Source: an uncultured delta proteobacterium (GTDB lineage: Bacteria; Desulfobacterota; Desulfobacteria; Desulfobacterales; UBA2156). From it: a stretch of 64,000 nt of DNA. Made by a program: the position numbers and the translations under genes. Below are positions 51,090 to 61,461 of this stretch, piece after piece. Positions within the stretch are counted from its first letter, which is position 1. Every line of letters begins with the position of its first letter. The stretch covers positions 544,001 through 608,000 of the forward strand of contig CAVTQK010000015.1 in assembly GCA_963736855.1 (NCBI GenBank). Reading direction: 5' to 3'. The notes beneath the pieces were generated by a model. That model was not told the origin of the DNA and did not search any database. It saw nothing but the letters and a program-made list of their open reading frames with translations.

Positions 51090-52611
51090 ACCGATAAGAC
51101 TTCAGAAACCTGCCGAAAAACAAGACGCTCCGGTCCTGGTGACCGGTGCTACCGGCTATGTGGGAGGACGTCTTGTGCCTCGGCTTCTGGACTCCGGGTA
51201 CCGGGTCCGGGTTGTCGGGCGATCCCCGGCCAAGTTGCGTTCCCGGTCATGGGGGAACCACTCGAATTTGGAGGTTTTCGAAGCCGATGCCTTGGATCGG
51301 GCTGCGATGGAGAAAGCCGCAAAGGGTTGCCGGACCGTTTTTTACCTTATCCATTCGATGAATCCCAGGGAAAAAGATTTTGCCGGAGCTGACCGGAAAG
51401 CGGCCCGAAACATGGTCGAAGCGGCTATCAAGGGAGGGCTTGAGCGGATCATTTATCTGGGTGGATTGGGTGAAGAAGGCAAAAACTTAAGCAAACACCT
51501 CAGCTCCCGAAGCGAGGTAGCGCGAATTTTTACGGAAGGCCCTATCCCCACGACGGTATTGAGGGCTGCGATGATCCTGGGTTCGGGAAGCGCTTCCTTC
51601 GAGATCCTGCGATATCTGGTAGAACACCTTCCGGTGATGACTACGCCCAAATGGGTTCAGAATCCGGTCCAACCAATCGCCATCCGTAATGTCCTTGGCT
51701 ACCTTCAGGGTTGTCTGGAACACGACGAGACTATTGGACAGACTTTCGACATCGGCGGACCGGACATTCTTTCCTACCACGGGCTCATGGATGTCTATGC
51801 CGAGGAGGCGGGTTTGCCCAAGCGGCTCATTATTCCGATTCCCATCTTGACGCCCCGCTTGAGCGCCTATTGGATCCATTTGGTTACCCCGGTGCCGGCC
51901 TATATTGCCCAACCTCTGGCCGAAGGATTGAGAAATCCGGTGGTATGCCGCGAAGACCGGATTCGGTCCATCATCCCGCAGGAACTTTTAAGCTGCCGGG
52001 AGGCTATCCGGCTGGCCCTGGGTCGCACTCAGAATGCTTGTGTGGACACCTGCTGGACCGATGCCGGGGCGATTCCAGTTTCTGAATGGCTCCAGGAAGG
52101 GGACGCTTCCTATGCCGGCGGGACCCTTCTGACGTCTGCACATCGGATCGTCATTAAGGCGTCACCGAAGGAGGTCTGGAAGGCCATTGTAGTCATTGGA
52201 GGAAAACAGGGCTGGTATAGCGCCGATTTTCTGTGGCGCATCCGAGGGGTTATGGACCGGATGGTCGGCGGGATCGGATTGAGGCGGGGGCGTCGGGACC
52301 CGGAGAACCTTCAAGTGGGGGATGCGCTGGACTTCTTCCGGGTACTTGATGTACAGGAAAACCGATTGCTCCGGTTATTGGCACAGATGCGTTTTCCCGG
52401 TGAGGCTACTTTGGAATTCAGATTGAAAGAACTTCCTGAAGGTCGGACGGTCCTCGATCAATACTCACGATACCTGCCCCGGGGAATTTCCGGACTGCTC
52501 TACTGGTATGCACTGCTTCCCTTTCATGTCATTCTTTTCAAAGGAATGCTCAAAGGGATCGCCAAGGCAGTGGGAAGACCCTTAATTGAAGGCCCCCGGC
52601 GTCTGGCCTAA
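51082..52611 (+). CDS. YbjT-like NAD(P)-binding protein with DUF2867
   Basis: VTGATGYVGGRL, GSGSASFE, GDALDFFRV, GLLYWY. Confidence 0.85.
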   Translation: MSEPIRLQKPAEKQDAPVLVTGATGYVGGRLVPRLLDSGYRVRVVGRSPAKLRSRSWGNHSNLEVFEADALDRAAMEKAAKGCRTVFYLIHSMNPREKDFAGADRKAARNMVEAAIKGGLERIIYLGGLGEEGKNLSKHLSSRSEVARIFTEGPIPTTVLRAAMILGSGSASFEILRYLVEHLPVMTTPKWVQNPVQPIAIRNVLGYLQGCLEHDETIGQTFDIGGPDILSYHGLMDVYAEEAGLPKRLIIPIPILTPRLSAYWIHLVTPVPAYIAQPLAEGLRNPVVCREDRIRSIIPQELLSCREAIRLALGRTQNACVDTCWTDAGAIPVSEWLQEGDASYAGGTLLTSAHRIVIKASPKEVWKAIVVIGGKQGWYSADFLWRIRGVMDRMVGGIGLRRGRRDPENLQVGDALDFFRVLDVQENRLLRLLAQMRFPGEATLEFRLKELPEGRTVLDQYSRYLPRGISGLLYWYALLPFHVILFKGMLKGIAKAVGRPLIEGPRRLA

Positions 52612-52686
52612 TGCGGACGAAGAAGGGGACTTCCTAAACGAGATCTCCTTTTGGTGTCGGTTACATCGGTGGGAGGGTCTGAAAGA

Positions 52687-54561
52687 TCAGGAGAAGACTT
52701 CATCGCGTTCGTGCCATTTTCCCTTGGATGCCTCCTGGGCTGCGCGGTGTTTGGTAATTTCTCCGGACAAGGCTCTTTCGATGGCTTCCGTGACCGCTTC
52801 CGCTGTTTCGATGCGGGTGAGATAGACGTAGTCGGCGCCGAACTCATAGAGGCGCCGGCTTTCCTCGAGCCCCAGGGCATTGGCGATGATAATCGCCTCG
52901 GGATTGATGTGACGCAGTGCCTCGACGATCTTCATGTTGGAAGTCCCCTTGAGTAGGTCGTCCTGAATGGTGCACACGATCACCTTGGCCTTGTCGACCC
53001 CGGCATGGTGCAGGGTTTCTGTATTAGACAGGTCTCCATATCGCACCGTTGGCCCGTAGGCGGCGATCTTTTGATGGATTCCGACATTGAAATCCACCAC
53101 GAGAATGCTTTTCAGCAGGTCCGGATACTTTTTCTTAAGGTCATATAGCAAAGACGAGGCGACCCGGTGAAATCCAAGCAGGGCGACACTGTAGGATTCC
53201 TCTTCGCCCGCATTCGCTTCGGGAGGGGCCTTGAAACCGATCCGATCAAACAGTGGAGCCAACCGGTCGTGAATTGCATCGGCCTTCTGGTAGAGCATGG
53301 GGGTCAGCAATGCCGTGATGACAAAAGCGAAGATGATGACGCCGTTGAGCTCTGTGCCGATGTGGCCGAGCTGAAGCCCTGCATAGGCGATAACCAGGGT
53401 GAACTCGGAAACCTGAGCAAGGCGCGTCGAGGCCACCATGGCATTGCGTCGGTCGAGGCCGGTCCAGTAAAGGAGGGGAAAGAAAATCAGGTACCGGGAC
53501 AAGATAGTCAGTGCGCTGAACAGGATGGCAATCAACAAAAGGGATATGCCGTCAGGCATGGGAATGCTCATCCCGAGACCTACAAAGAACAATGTTACGA
53601 AAAAATCCTTCACGATGCCGACCTTGCCAAGCACGTCAGTGCTGTAAGGCAGGTTGGCGATGCTGGCCCCTGCAATGAGGGCTCCCATGCTGGAGCCCAC
53701 CGTCAGGTGCCAATTGAAACCGAAAAGGGTCTCGGAGAAATTATCTATGTTGATCCCGATGAAAACGACGGCAAAACACCATGCAATGGCCGCCACTAAA
53801 ATCAGCTCGGGCATCTTTGCAATCCATTTGAACCCGATGGGCAGGATGTACTTGGCGACGGCTATGGCGATCAGGGTAAGGACAGCGATGCCGAGGAAAG
53901 AAAGCAGGATGGGGCCGACTTCCGGTTTCTCGAAATTGGGCTGAATGGCGATGACGATGATGGACCAGATGTCCTGAAAGATCAGGATGCCCAACGATAC
54001 CCTCCCAACGGTGGTGTCCATCTGAAAGGTTTCCTGGAACAATTTGACGACCAGCAGGGTGGACGATGAAGAGAGCAAAAATCCGATATAGATCGGGATA
54101 TACCGGGATTCAGTCCCTGAACCAGCAAGGAGGGTTCCGCCCACACCGATCCAGATCATGAGCTGGGTGAAACCGATGCCGAAGGCGATGCATAGAGGAT
54201 ACTGAAGCAGTCCGGATAGAATCAGGGTTTTCCCGCTGGCCATGAGTTTCCGGATGTCGAGTTCCAAACCGATTAGAAAGAGAAGCAGAACCAAACCGAA
54301 CTGGGATATGGTGTCGATGTTTCCGGTGTCGGTGACTACGTGGGTCCCGATGGGGCCGAGGATGACGCCTGCCAGCAAAAACGCCGCAATATTGGGAATT
54401 TTAAATTTGGTGAAGAGGATGGCCAAAATACCGGCCGCCATGATGCAAAAACCGATGTCGTGAACCAGCGAGGGAAGACCGCCGCCCGATGCATGTGCAG
54501 ACTCAGGGAAGAATGGGGTAAAAAGAGCCCCCAATAGGAGAGTGAAAGCGGCTTTTTGCAT
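52687..54561 (-). CDS. CPA2 (Kef-type) cation:proton antiporter with TrkA-N domain
   Basis: LLFLIGLE, SSST, ILIFQD, QVSEF; C-terminal RYGD KTN domain. Confidence 0.88.
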   Translation of the reverse strand: MQKAAFTLLLGALFTPFFPESAHASGGGLPSLVHDIGFCIMAAGILAILFTKFKIPNIAAFLLAGVILGPIGTHVVTDTGNIDTISQFGLVLLLFLIGLELDIRKLMASGKTLILSGLLQYPLCIAFGIGFTQLMIWIGVGGTLLAGSGTESRYIPIYIGFLLSSSSTLLVVKLFQETFQMDTTVGRVSLGILIFQDIWSIIVIAIQPNFEKPEVGPILLSFLGIAVLTLIAIAVAKYILPIGFKWIAKMPELILVAAIAWCFAVVFIGINIDNFSETLFGFNWHLTVGSSMGALIAGASIANLPYSTDVLGKVGIVKDFFVTLFFVGLGMSIPMPDGISLLLIAILFSALTILSRYLIFFPLLYWTGLDRRNAMVASTRLAQVSEFTLVIAYAGLQLGHIGTELNGVIIFAFVITALLTPMLYQKADAIHDRLAPLFDRIGFKAPPEANAGEEESYSVALLGFHRVASSLLYDLKKKYPDLLKSILVVDFNVGIHQKIAAYGPTVRYGDLSNTETLHHAGVDKAKVIVCTIQDDLLKGTSNMKIVEALRHINPEAIIIANALGLEESRRLYEFGADYVYLTRIETAEAVTEAIERALSGEITKHRAAQEASKGKWHERDEVFS

Positions 54562-54823
54562 CTGGTTTCTCCTGGAATCCGGAGTTTTCGGAAGACATGA
54601 GTCGGCTATAAACCGATTACGCGTCACTCGAACGGGTATGAAAGATAGCAACTGACCCATGCTTTGTCAACGCGCCTGTCCTTGCCGGCATCTAAGCTAT
54701 TTGACACTTTCCGAAAACCTTTTTATAAAGGCCCAATTGTTAAAAATACAAGGTACAGGGTTGATACCGTTACATACACTGGGAGCCTGATGAATTGAAA
54801 CCTTTCCGGGGATATCCGATGGA

Positions 54824-55816
54824 ATGAAACATAATCGGCTCATCTTCTTCGCCGGTTTTATGGTGGTGGTTATCTTCGCCGGCATTGCCGGATACATGAT
54901 CATCGAGGGTTGGAGTTTTTTTGATTCCCTATACATGGTGGTCATCACATTGGCATCGGTCGGGTTCTCGGAGGTTCATGAGCTTTCGTTTCAGGGTCGT
55001 TTGTTTACGATATTCCTAATCGTGTTCGGTATGGGGATTCTCCTCATGGGAATCACATCGCTCACGGCCTTTTTGGTGGAAGGAAAACTGAGCGAGATTC
55101 TAAGGAGGAATAAAATGCTCAAGAGAATCGACTTGCTGAAAAACCATTACATCGTTTGTGGTGCCGGAGGGATAGGCCAGCACATTATTGATGAATTGTA
55201 CAAGACCGAAAGACCCTTCGTAGTCATCGATATGGATGACATCGTTTGCAAAAATTTAGAAGAAAGGAGTACCCTGTTCATCAAGGGAGACGCAGCCAGC
55301 ACGGCAAACCTGATGAGCGCCAAACAAGAAAAAGCCCGAGGTCTCTTTTGCGCACTGAAAACCGATGCAGATAATCTCCTGCTGATCATGACCGCCAGAG
55401 GCATCAATTCCAAAATTCGTATCATTTCCAAGGCGGAGAAAAGGGAATCTACTGAGAAAATGATCCGGGCCGGAGCCGATGGAGTCGTCTTGCCACAGTT
55501 TATCGGTGGAATGCGAATGGCCTCGGAGATGGTCCGGCCGGCTGCTGTCACCTTCCTGGATAAGATGCTCAAAGGTAAAGAGGGCGCCCTCCGAGTGGAG
55601 GATGTCATTGTCGATAAAAACAGCCAACTGGTGGGTCGAAAGCTGAGGGAATGCCCCTTTATCGGGGTGGAAGGACTTTTGCTGGTTGCCTTAGGAAAAG
55701 GGGATCGGTATATGATCAACCCGTCCAAAGAGGAAACAATTGAAGGCGGGGATGTGATGGTATTCATCGGACAGGAGACCGAGATAACGGCCATCCGGGA
55801 ACTTGCCGGACAGTGA
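54824..55816 (+). CDS. Two-TM potassium channel with TrkA-N/TrkA-C (RCK) domains
   Basis: EGWSFFDSLYMVVITLASVGFSE pore region; HYIVCGAGGIG. Confidence 0.85.
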   Translation: MKHNRLIFFAGFMVVVIFAGIAGYMIIEGWSFFDSLYMVVITLASVGFSEVHELSFQGRLFTIFLIVFGMGILLMGITSLTAFLVEGKLSEILRRNKMLKRIDLLKNHYIVCGAGGIGQHIIDELYKTERPFVVIDMDDIVCKNLEERSTLFIKGDAASTANLMSAKQEKARGLFCALKTDADNLLLIMTARGINSKIRIISKAEKRESTEKMIRAGADGVVLPQFIGGMRMASEMVRPAAVTFLDKMLKGKEGALRVEDVIVDKNSQLVGRKLRECPFIGVEGLLLVALGKGDRYMINPSKEETIEGGDVMVFIGQETEITAIRELAGQ

Positions 55817-56013
55817 AGGCAGGTTTTATGCAGTCCTCGCCGAGTTCAACGAGACCGGTGCCGTAGGCTTCGGTGCCCAAGCCGGAGATCCAAGCTGATG
55901 ACGTCCTGGCCCAAGTGATCCGGGTAACAGGCTTCAGCCAAGGCCCGTACCGCTTCCATGGAAAGTGAGAGGGCGCCGATTAACCCCCAAATCAACGCCC
56001 GTAAAGGAAGGCA

Positions 56014-58035
56014 TCATGGTTTTCCCTCCTTTTTTTCATCAGAATCAGCGAATCTACGGGCGATATCCTGAAATTGTTCCTCAATTTCCAAAAAAGCGTC
56101 AACCAATTCGGGATCAAAGTGGGCCCCCCGTCCCGCAGTGATACATTCTACGGCTTCTTCGTGAGTCATCGGTTTTTTATAGGGACGGCGGCTGATCAAT
56201 GCGTCGTAAACGTCTGCGATGGCCATAAGCCTGCCGGAGAACGGGATTTCTTCTCCTTTCAATCCCTGAGGGTAGCCGGACCCGTCCCATTTTTCCTGGT
56301 GGGAGTAAGCCAGTTCCCCGGCCAACCGAAGAAATGAGCTGTTACCCAGACGCTGCTCCGCAGCTGTGATAATTTTATAAGCATAGGTCGTATGAAGCTT
56401 CATCAGCTCGAATTCGTTTTCCGTCAACCGATCCGGTTTCAAGAGAATGTTGTCCGGCACCCCAACTTTACCAAGGTCATGAAGGGGGGCGGATCGAAAA
56501 AGCAGTTCGATAGTGCTGTCAGTAAGTATATGCTTGAACTTGGGCCGGCGTTGGAGATGTTTAGCCAGTGCCCGGATGTAGTGCTGGGTCCGCTTAATGT
56601 GCCCGCCTGTCTCAGGATCTCGGGTTTCCGCGACGTTGGCGACGGTCTCCAGAGTCACCTCCTGTACAAGACTCAGTTCACGAGTCTTGGCATGGAACCT
56701 TTTATTTTCACGGTAGTACTTCAATAAAGACAGCAGGGTAAAATCGGCAATGAGTGCTAAGAAAGGAAAAAGCGGCGAAAGGTATATCCCGTGGGATCCC
56801 AAACACCATGCGGCGCCTATCCAAAGACCGACAGTCCCGGCCGTCAGGACCCCTGCGCAGAGAAGAGGACCGACCCAGATGAGGACGGCGGAAGTGATCG
56901 TGCCGAAGGTTATCAGGAGCATGGCTTCTATTCCGGTCGCCCAAGAGGGTCGCCGAATGAAGTCACCGGACAACAGGTTGTTGAGGATATGGGCATGCAC
57001 TTCGACACCCGGAAAAACAGGATCATAGGGTGTCGCATGGATATCCTTGAGGCCTGCGGCCGTGGTCCCGATAAAAATAATCCGATCTTGAATCGCCTCG
57101 GAAACGTTACCGATTAGGATGTCGGCCGCGCTGAAATAAGGAATGTTTCGTGAGGGTCCTCTGAACTGGATTAGGACGTTGCCCCCTTCGTCCAGGGGGA
57201 CCGTAACTCCGTCGATAAGCAGAGAGACGATTCCGGTGGTTTCAACTTTCACCAAAACAGTTTCGGCTTTTCCGGCGGCCATTAATGTTGCAACTGCCAG
57301 GCTCGGAAAAATCGAGCCGCCTTGCTCAACGATGAGCGGAGCGCGGCGAAGGATTCCGTCGACGTCCGGCCGGATATTTAAAAACCCTTGCGCCGAGGCG
57401 GCCTGGGCCAGCACCGGGATGTTGCACACGGCAGAGCTTGCCTGGGTGAACAAGGCCTGTTTTTCGGCGACACCTGGCTGTCGCAGCACGGGGATTTTTA
57501 ATTTTTCCTCTGGACATTGAATCCTCGTCTTCCCTTCGTTGAAGGAAAAACTAAAACCTAGTACGGATCTTCCCTTACTTAAAGCCGCGGCCAGGATACG
57601 ATCATTGTCTTTGAAGTTCTCAGGAACCTTCTGAAAACGTACTCCCACATCAAGGTCCCGCGCCATCTCTTTGGAAAGCCGCGAAAGAGATGTCCGATCC
57701 GGCTCGGCAAAGACCATATCGAAACTCACTGCCAAAGCGCCACAGCGAAAAAGCCTTTCGGTCAGTTGCGCGATACGGTACCTTGGCCAAGGCCACTGTC
57801 CGAAACGTTTGAGGCTTTTTTCGTCGATGTCCACTACCACAGCAAGTCCGGTGGTTTTTTGTAAAGGGGCTGAGGTCAGGAGGGAGTCATAGAGCTTGTG
57901 GTCCAGTGCAACCAGCAGGCGGAGTTTTAACGGATACAGCAAAAGAAAGAGCGCGGTGACGGCCATTCCCGTTAAAAAGAGGCCCATCCTTCCACTGCCG
58001 GCGGAGAAAGGGTCTCTGCGGGGGCGTGATATCAT
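56014..58035 (-). CDS. CHASE2 sensor plus HD-GYP cyclic-dinucleotide phosphodiesterase
   Basis: VVDIDEKSL..FGQWPWPR, FDMVFAEPD, PGVEVHA, 3 TMs; RDPETGGH, LHDLGKVG, HQEKWDGSGYP, ADVYDAL. Confidence 0.92.
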   Translation of the reverse strand: MISRPRRDPFSAGSGRMGLFLTGMAVTALFLLLYPLKLRLLVALDHKLYDSLLTSAPLQKTTGLAVVVDIDEKSLKRFGQWPWPRYRIAQLTERLFRCGALAVSFDMVFAEPDRTSLSRLSKEMARDLDVGVRFQKVPENFKDNDRILAAALSKGRSVLGFSFSFNEGKTRIQCPEEKLKIPVLRQPGVAEKQALFTQASSAVCNIPVLAQAASAQGFLNIRPDVDGILRRAPLIVEQGGSIFPSLAVATLMAAGKAETVLVKVETTGIVSLLIDGVTVPLDEGGNVLIQFRGPSRNIPYFSAADILIGNVSEAIQDRIIFIGTTAAGLKDIHATPYDPVFPGVEVHAHILNNLLSGDFIRRPSWATGIEAMLLITFGTITSAVLIWVGPLLCAGVLTAGTVGLWIGAAWCLGSHGIYLSPLFPFLALIADFTLLSLLKYYRENKRFHAKTRELSLVQEVTLETVANVAETRDPETGGHIKRTQHYIRALAKHLQRRPKFKHILTDSTIELLFRSAPLHDLGKVGVPDNILLKPDRLTENEFELMKLHTTYAYKIITAAEQRLGNSSFLRLAGELAYSHQEKWDGSGYPQGLKGEEIPFSGRLMAIADVYDALISRRPYKKPMTHEEAVECITAGRGAHFDPELVDAFLEIEEQFQDIARRFADSDEKKEGKP

Positions 58036-58081
58036 GCTCCGGACCTATTGAAAGGAGAAATGAACGAGCGCATTACGGCTC

Positions 58082-58675
58082 TTATCGGATGAAGACCTCC
58101 ACCCGACGGTTTTTGGGCTCATCCACTTCGTCGGCTGTAGGAATCAGCGGGTCGTTTTCACCATGGGCAAAGACATGGATCAGGACCGGGTCCACACCGA
58201 TCTTGATGAGTTCATCCCGAACGATCTGAGCCCGCTCCAAGGAAAGCTCAGCATTGACCTCTTGCTTCCCCATTGTATCCGTATGTCCGGTGATGAAAAC
58301 GTTGCATGGGATGCGCTTTTTTACTTCCTCCTGGACTTGTTTCAGCTGAACCTGAGAAGCCTCGTTCAGAGAGGTGGTTCCTGTAACAAAATAGAGAATA
58401 AAGGATAAAGGCGCTTCTGGTGTGGCTTTAAGGGCGTCCTTAAAAATGTCTTGGATCTCTTTTTCGCTCATCGCCTTGATTGAGCCCGGGGCATGTTTCT
58501 CCTTGATTTCGGTGGCGGTGTAGGCTTCGGACAGGTCCTGTCTTCCCTGGGAATTAGAAACAGAAATCCGGCCCACTTTTCCGTCCGGGTCGGGCATGAG
58601 GACGACGAGGCTCTTTTTTCCTGAGCACCCCATCATAAGCATGATACAGGCTATGGTCGTGAAGAAGGTTTTCAT
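58082..58675 (-). CDS. OmpA-family peptidoglycan-binding lipoprotein
   Basis: Lipobox MMGC; GHTD, LSLERA, NRRVE. Confidence 0.9.
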   Translation of the reverse strand: MKTFFTTIACIMLMMGCSGKKSLVVLMPDPDGKVGRISVSNSQGRQDLSEAYTATEIKEKHAPGSIKAMSEKEIQDIFKDALKATPEAPLSFILYFVTGTTSLNEASQVQLKQVQEEVKKRIPCNVFITGHTDTMGKQEVNAELSLERAQIVRDELIKIGVDPVLIHVFAHGENDPLIPTADEVDEPKNRRVEVFIR

Positions 58676-58703
58676 TGTCTCCAACCTTTTCTCCGGATTC
58701 CGG

Positions 58704-59150
58704 TTATGAGTCCTTGACTTTGGCACAGAAGCTGGTTCCCCGAATACCGATGGTGGCGGTGGGAGTTTCGATACCTACCGATTGAGGCGCTAATTTTCCG
58801 ATGGATCCGGAAATATACGCGGCGGTCCCTTTGATGATCCGAACCAGGAACTCGAACCGATTTTGGGCTGGTTCAAAAATGTATCGACTCAAGATTAATT
58901 CTGTTTCCGGACCGATGGAAAGACGTGTGTTATCACGGAATACGATCCCCAGGGAGGCGTCCTTTCCGGTTTTGATCACATCGTTTTGCATCACCGAAAA
59001 GCCGTCTTTGGCAACGATCCGCACCCTATTTCGCTCGACGAAAGCCATACCTGCGACTTTCCGAAGTTCTCCGATGGTATCATCCGCCACAGCCGACATC
59101 GCCGGTAGGATAAGAGAAACAGCCAGCAGAAGAATCACGATTTTTTTCAT
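58704..59150 (-). CDS. Secreted stand-alone FecR-domain protein
   Basis: Signal peptide; DVIKTG, FRDNT, TPTATIGIRGT. Confidence 0.85.
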   Translation of the reverse strand: MKKIVILLLAVSLILPAMSAVADDTIGELRKVAGMAFVERNRVRIVAKDGFSVMQNDVIKTGKDASLGIVFRDNTRLSIGPETELILSRYIFEPAQNRFEFLVRIIKGTAAYISGSIGKLAPQSVGIETPTATIGIRGTSFCAKVKDS

Positions 59151-59272
59151 TGATTCGTCTCCTTGGTTTTAAATTTCAGACAGGATATACTAACTGATAA
59201 TTATGACACAAGTCGCAAGGCATGTAAAGTATACTCCGGCTCAATTTGGGTGCTATATAACCCTCCGATGTT

Positions 59273-59962
59273 TTATTGCTTTTGTGTTTTGGGCAAAAGA
59301 ATTCGGGCGTCGGCCACGACACATTTATCCCGGGTGCATTTGACCGGGTTCAGATCAATGGATTCGATATGGTCGGAAATGCCCATGACAAGAGCGGAGA
59401 AGTCCATCACCAAACGAATCAAAGCGGAAATGGAAACCGGTTGTGAACCCCGGTGGCCCTTCAGGAGGACCGCCCCTTTGAGACTGCTCAGCATCGAGGA
59501 AACGTCATTTTCGTTGAGGGGTGCCATACGCAGCGCTGTGTCCCCGTAAACCTCCACACCGGTTCCTCCGAGCCCCACCATAACGACCGGGCCGAACTGG
59601 TAATCGATCTTGGCGCCGACGATCATCTCCATCCCGGGAACTATTTCTTCCACCAGGATCCCTGCAAAACTCTTCATGGCACTGAATCGTCGATAGACTT
59701 CGGAAAGCCGGGCATCATCGTCGATTCCCACTACCACGCCGCCGATATCCGATTTGTGGAGGATTTCCGGCGACACCACTTTGGCCACAACGGGATACCC
59801 GATGCTTCTGGCGGCCTGGAGTGCCCCGGACTCTGTTTTTATCCACTTAAACGCCGGCACCGGGATTCCGGCCATAGAGAGCAGACGCTTGGCTTCGGGC
59901 TCCATGACCCACCCTGGCTTTTGAGCCTGGATGAGGATCTCTTCGATCTTAAGATTCAGCAT
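59273..59962 (-). CDS. ADP-forming acyl-CoA synthetase beta subunit (ATP-grasp)
   Basis: IGYPVVAKVVS, HKSDIGGV, FGPVVMVGLGG, DLNP, DARI. Confidence 0.88.
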   Translation of the reverse strand: MLNLKIEEILIQAQKPGWVMEPEAKRLLSMAGIPVPAFKWIKTESGALQAARSIGYPVVAKVVSPEILHKSDIGGVVVGIDDDARLSEVYRRFSAMKSFAGILVEEIVPGMEMIVGAKIDYQFGPVVMVGLGGTGVEVYGDTALRMAPLNENDVSSMLSSLKGAVLLKGHRGSQPVSISALIRLVMDFSALVMGISDHIESIDLNPVKCTRDKCVVADARILLPKTQKQ

Positions 59963-61323
59963 GATCTGCACCTCATGAGGGCTTCTGCCATAAGGACGGC
60001 TCCGTCGATGGAAGAAGAAACAGGGACATTATTGAGTTCGAATCCTTCGATAAGCATGCGATATTTTTCATGGTGCGGTACGTAGGCGATCAGAGGTTTG
60101 TTCTGGCCCCGGAAGATATAACTCATGCGGGCTCCTAAATCCGAGCTGACTCCTGGGGAATAGGGCAACAGCAAAAGAATCACGCAATCGATACCCGGCA
60201 CCTGGCTCAGGCCGGTGGCTGCGGCAACGAAATCGTCGTCTTCGGCGCTTCCGGTTAGATCGACGGGGTTTTGCAAAGATGCGATGGCACGAAGCCGTTC
60301 CGAAAGGCTTTCTCGGATTCCTGCCCGATCCGCATCTCCAAGCTGCGGAACCGAGAGACCGTGTGCGGTGCAAACGTCGGAGGCAAGGACACCATGTCCT
60401 CCACTGGTCGTGATGATGCCGATGTTGCCCGAGATGGATCGGTGATAGCAGCTCAAGGACTCACAGAAAGAGAGCATCTCGAACTCATTTCTAGCCTCCA
60501 CAATCCCATGCTGAGCCATCACTTCTGAAAAGACCCGGTAATCTCCCGCCAGCGAGGCGGTATGGCTGTTTGCAGCGCGGCTTCCTACAGCGGTTTTTCC
60601 CGCCTTTAAGACGATGACGGGCTTGTGGATACGGCGGACGGTTTCCACAAAGTGCCGGCCCTCGTTTTTTTCAAATCCCTCAATATATAGAGCGATGACC
60701 CGCGTATCAGGGTCCTGGTCTAGATGATGGATGAGATCCAATTCGCGGACGAGGGCCTTGTTGCCGATACTGACTGCTAGGCTGAGTCCCACTCCTTGCC
60801 CGGCAAATTTTACCATCTGGTCAACCAGTACACCCCCGCTTTGACTGATGATGGCTACAGGGCCGGGATTGGGTCGGATGATCCGTTCTCCCGGGAGGAA
60901 AAAGGTATCGAACCGGTTGGGCGCGTAAATGCCGAGACAGTTGGGCCCGATGAACGGAAAGTCCGCTTCCCGGGCCAGGCGTACCAGGTTTTTCTGAAGA
61001 TCGGTCCGGTTACTCTCGGCAAAACCGCCTGATACGATGACAGCACCCCCAACGTCCTTTTCAATGCACGCTTTAAGGATTTCTTCCACGAACTCAGCCC
61101 GGGCTGCAATCACTGCCAGATCGATGGCAGAGGGGATATCCCTGATGCTGGGGTAAACCCGGTTCCTCTGGAGGTATCCTCCACGGGGGTTCACGGGGTA
61201 CACCTTGACCGGATATCTCAGGTGGATCTTATTGTAAATGACGTTGGCCGGGTGCCGGTCATTGGTAAGTGACACCCCGACGACGGCAATGGTCTCGGGA
61301 TGGAACATGCGAGTAAATTCCAA
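59956..61323 (-). CDS. ADP-forming acyl-CoA synthetase alpha subunit (CoA-binding)
   Basis: IAVVGVS, GPNCLG, SQSGG, SHTASLAG, NPVDLTG; TTG start after GGAGG. Confidence 0.88.
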   Translation of the reverse strand: MEFTRMFHPETIAVVGVSLTNDRHPANVIYNKIHLRYPVKVYPVNPRGGYLQRNRVYPSIRDIPSAIDLAVIAARAEFVEEILKACIEKDVGGAVIVSGGFAESNRTDLQKNLVRLAREADFPFIGPNCLGIYAPNRFDTFFLPGERIIRPNPGPVAIISQSGGVLVDQMVKFAGQGVGLSLAVSIGNKALVRELDLIHHLDQDPDTRVIALYIEGFEKNEGRHFVETVRRIHKPVIVLKAGKTAVGSRAANSHTASLAGDYRVFSEVMAQHGIVEARNEFEMLSFCESLSCYHRSISGNIGIITTSGGHGVLASDVCTAHGLSVPQLGDADRAGIRESLSERLRAIASLQNPVDLTGSAEDDDFVAAATGLSQVPGIDCVILLLLPYSPGVSSDLGARMSYIFRGQNKPLIAYVPHHEKYRMLIEGFELNNVPVSSSIDGAVLMAEALMRCRSC

Positions 61324-61461
61324 TTTAAACCTCCATTCGAGACAGAGAAAAAAATATTTCTACAGGCGAAAAAAGCCGGGAAGAGCAATCAAAAAAGGGT
61401 CCGCCTTCAAAAAACCCTGTTCAATAAAGGCATAAATGCTTCGGTCGGAATAGAAACAGGT

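Noticed and set aside
55820..56010. GC-rich spacer that might be a gene remnant
   Set aside because: No convincing family motif in any frame I read.
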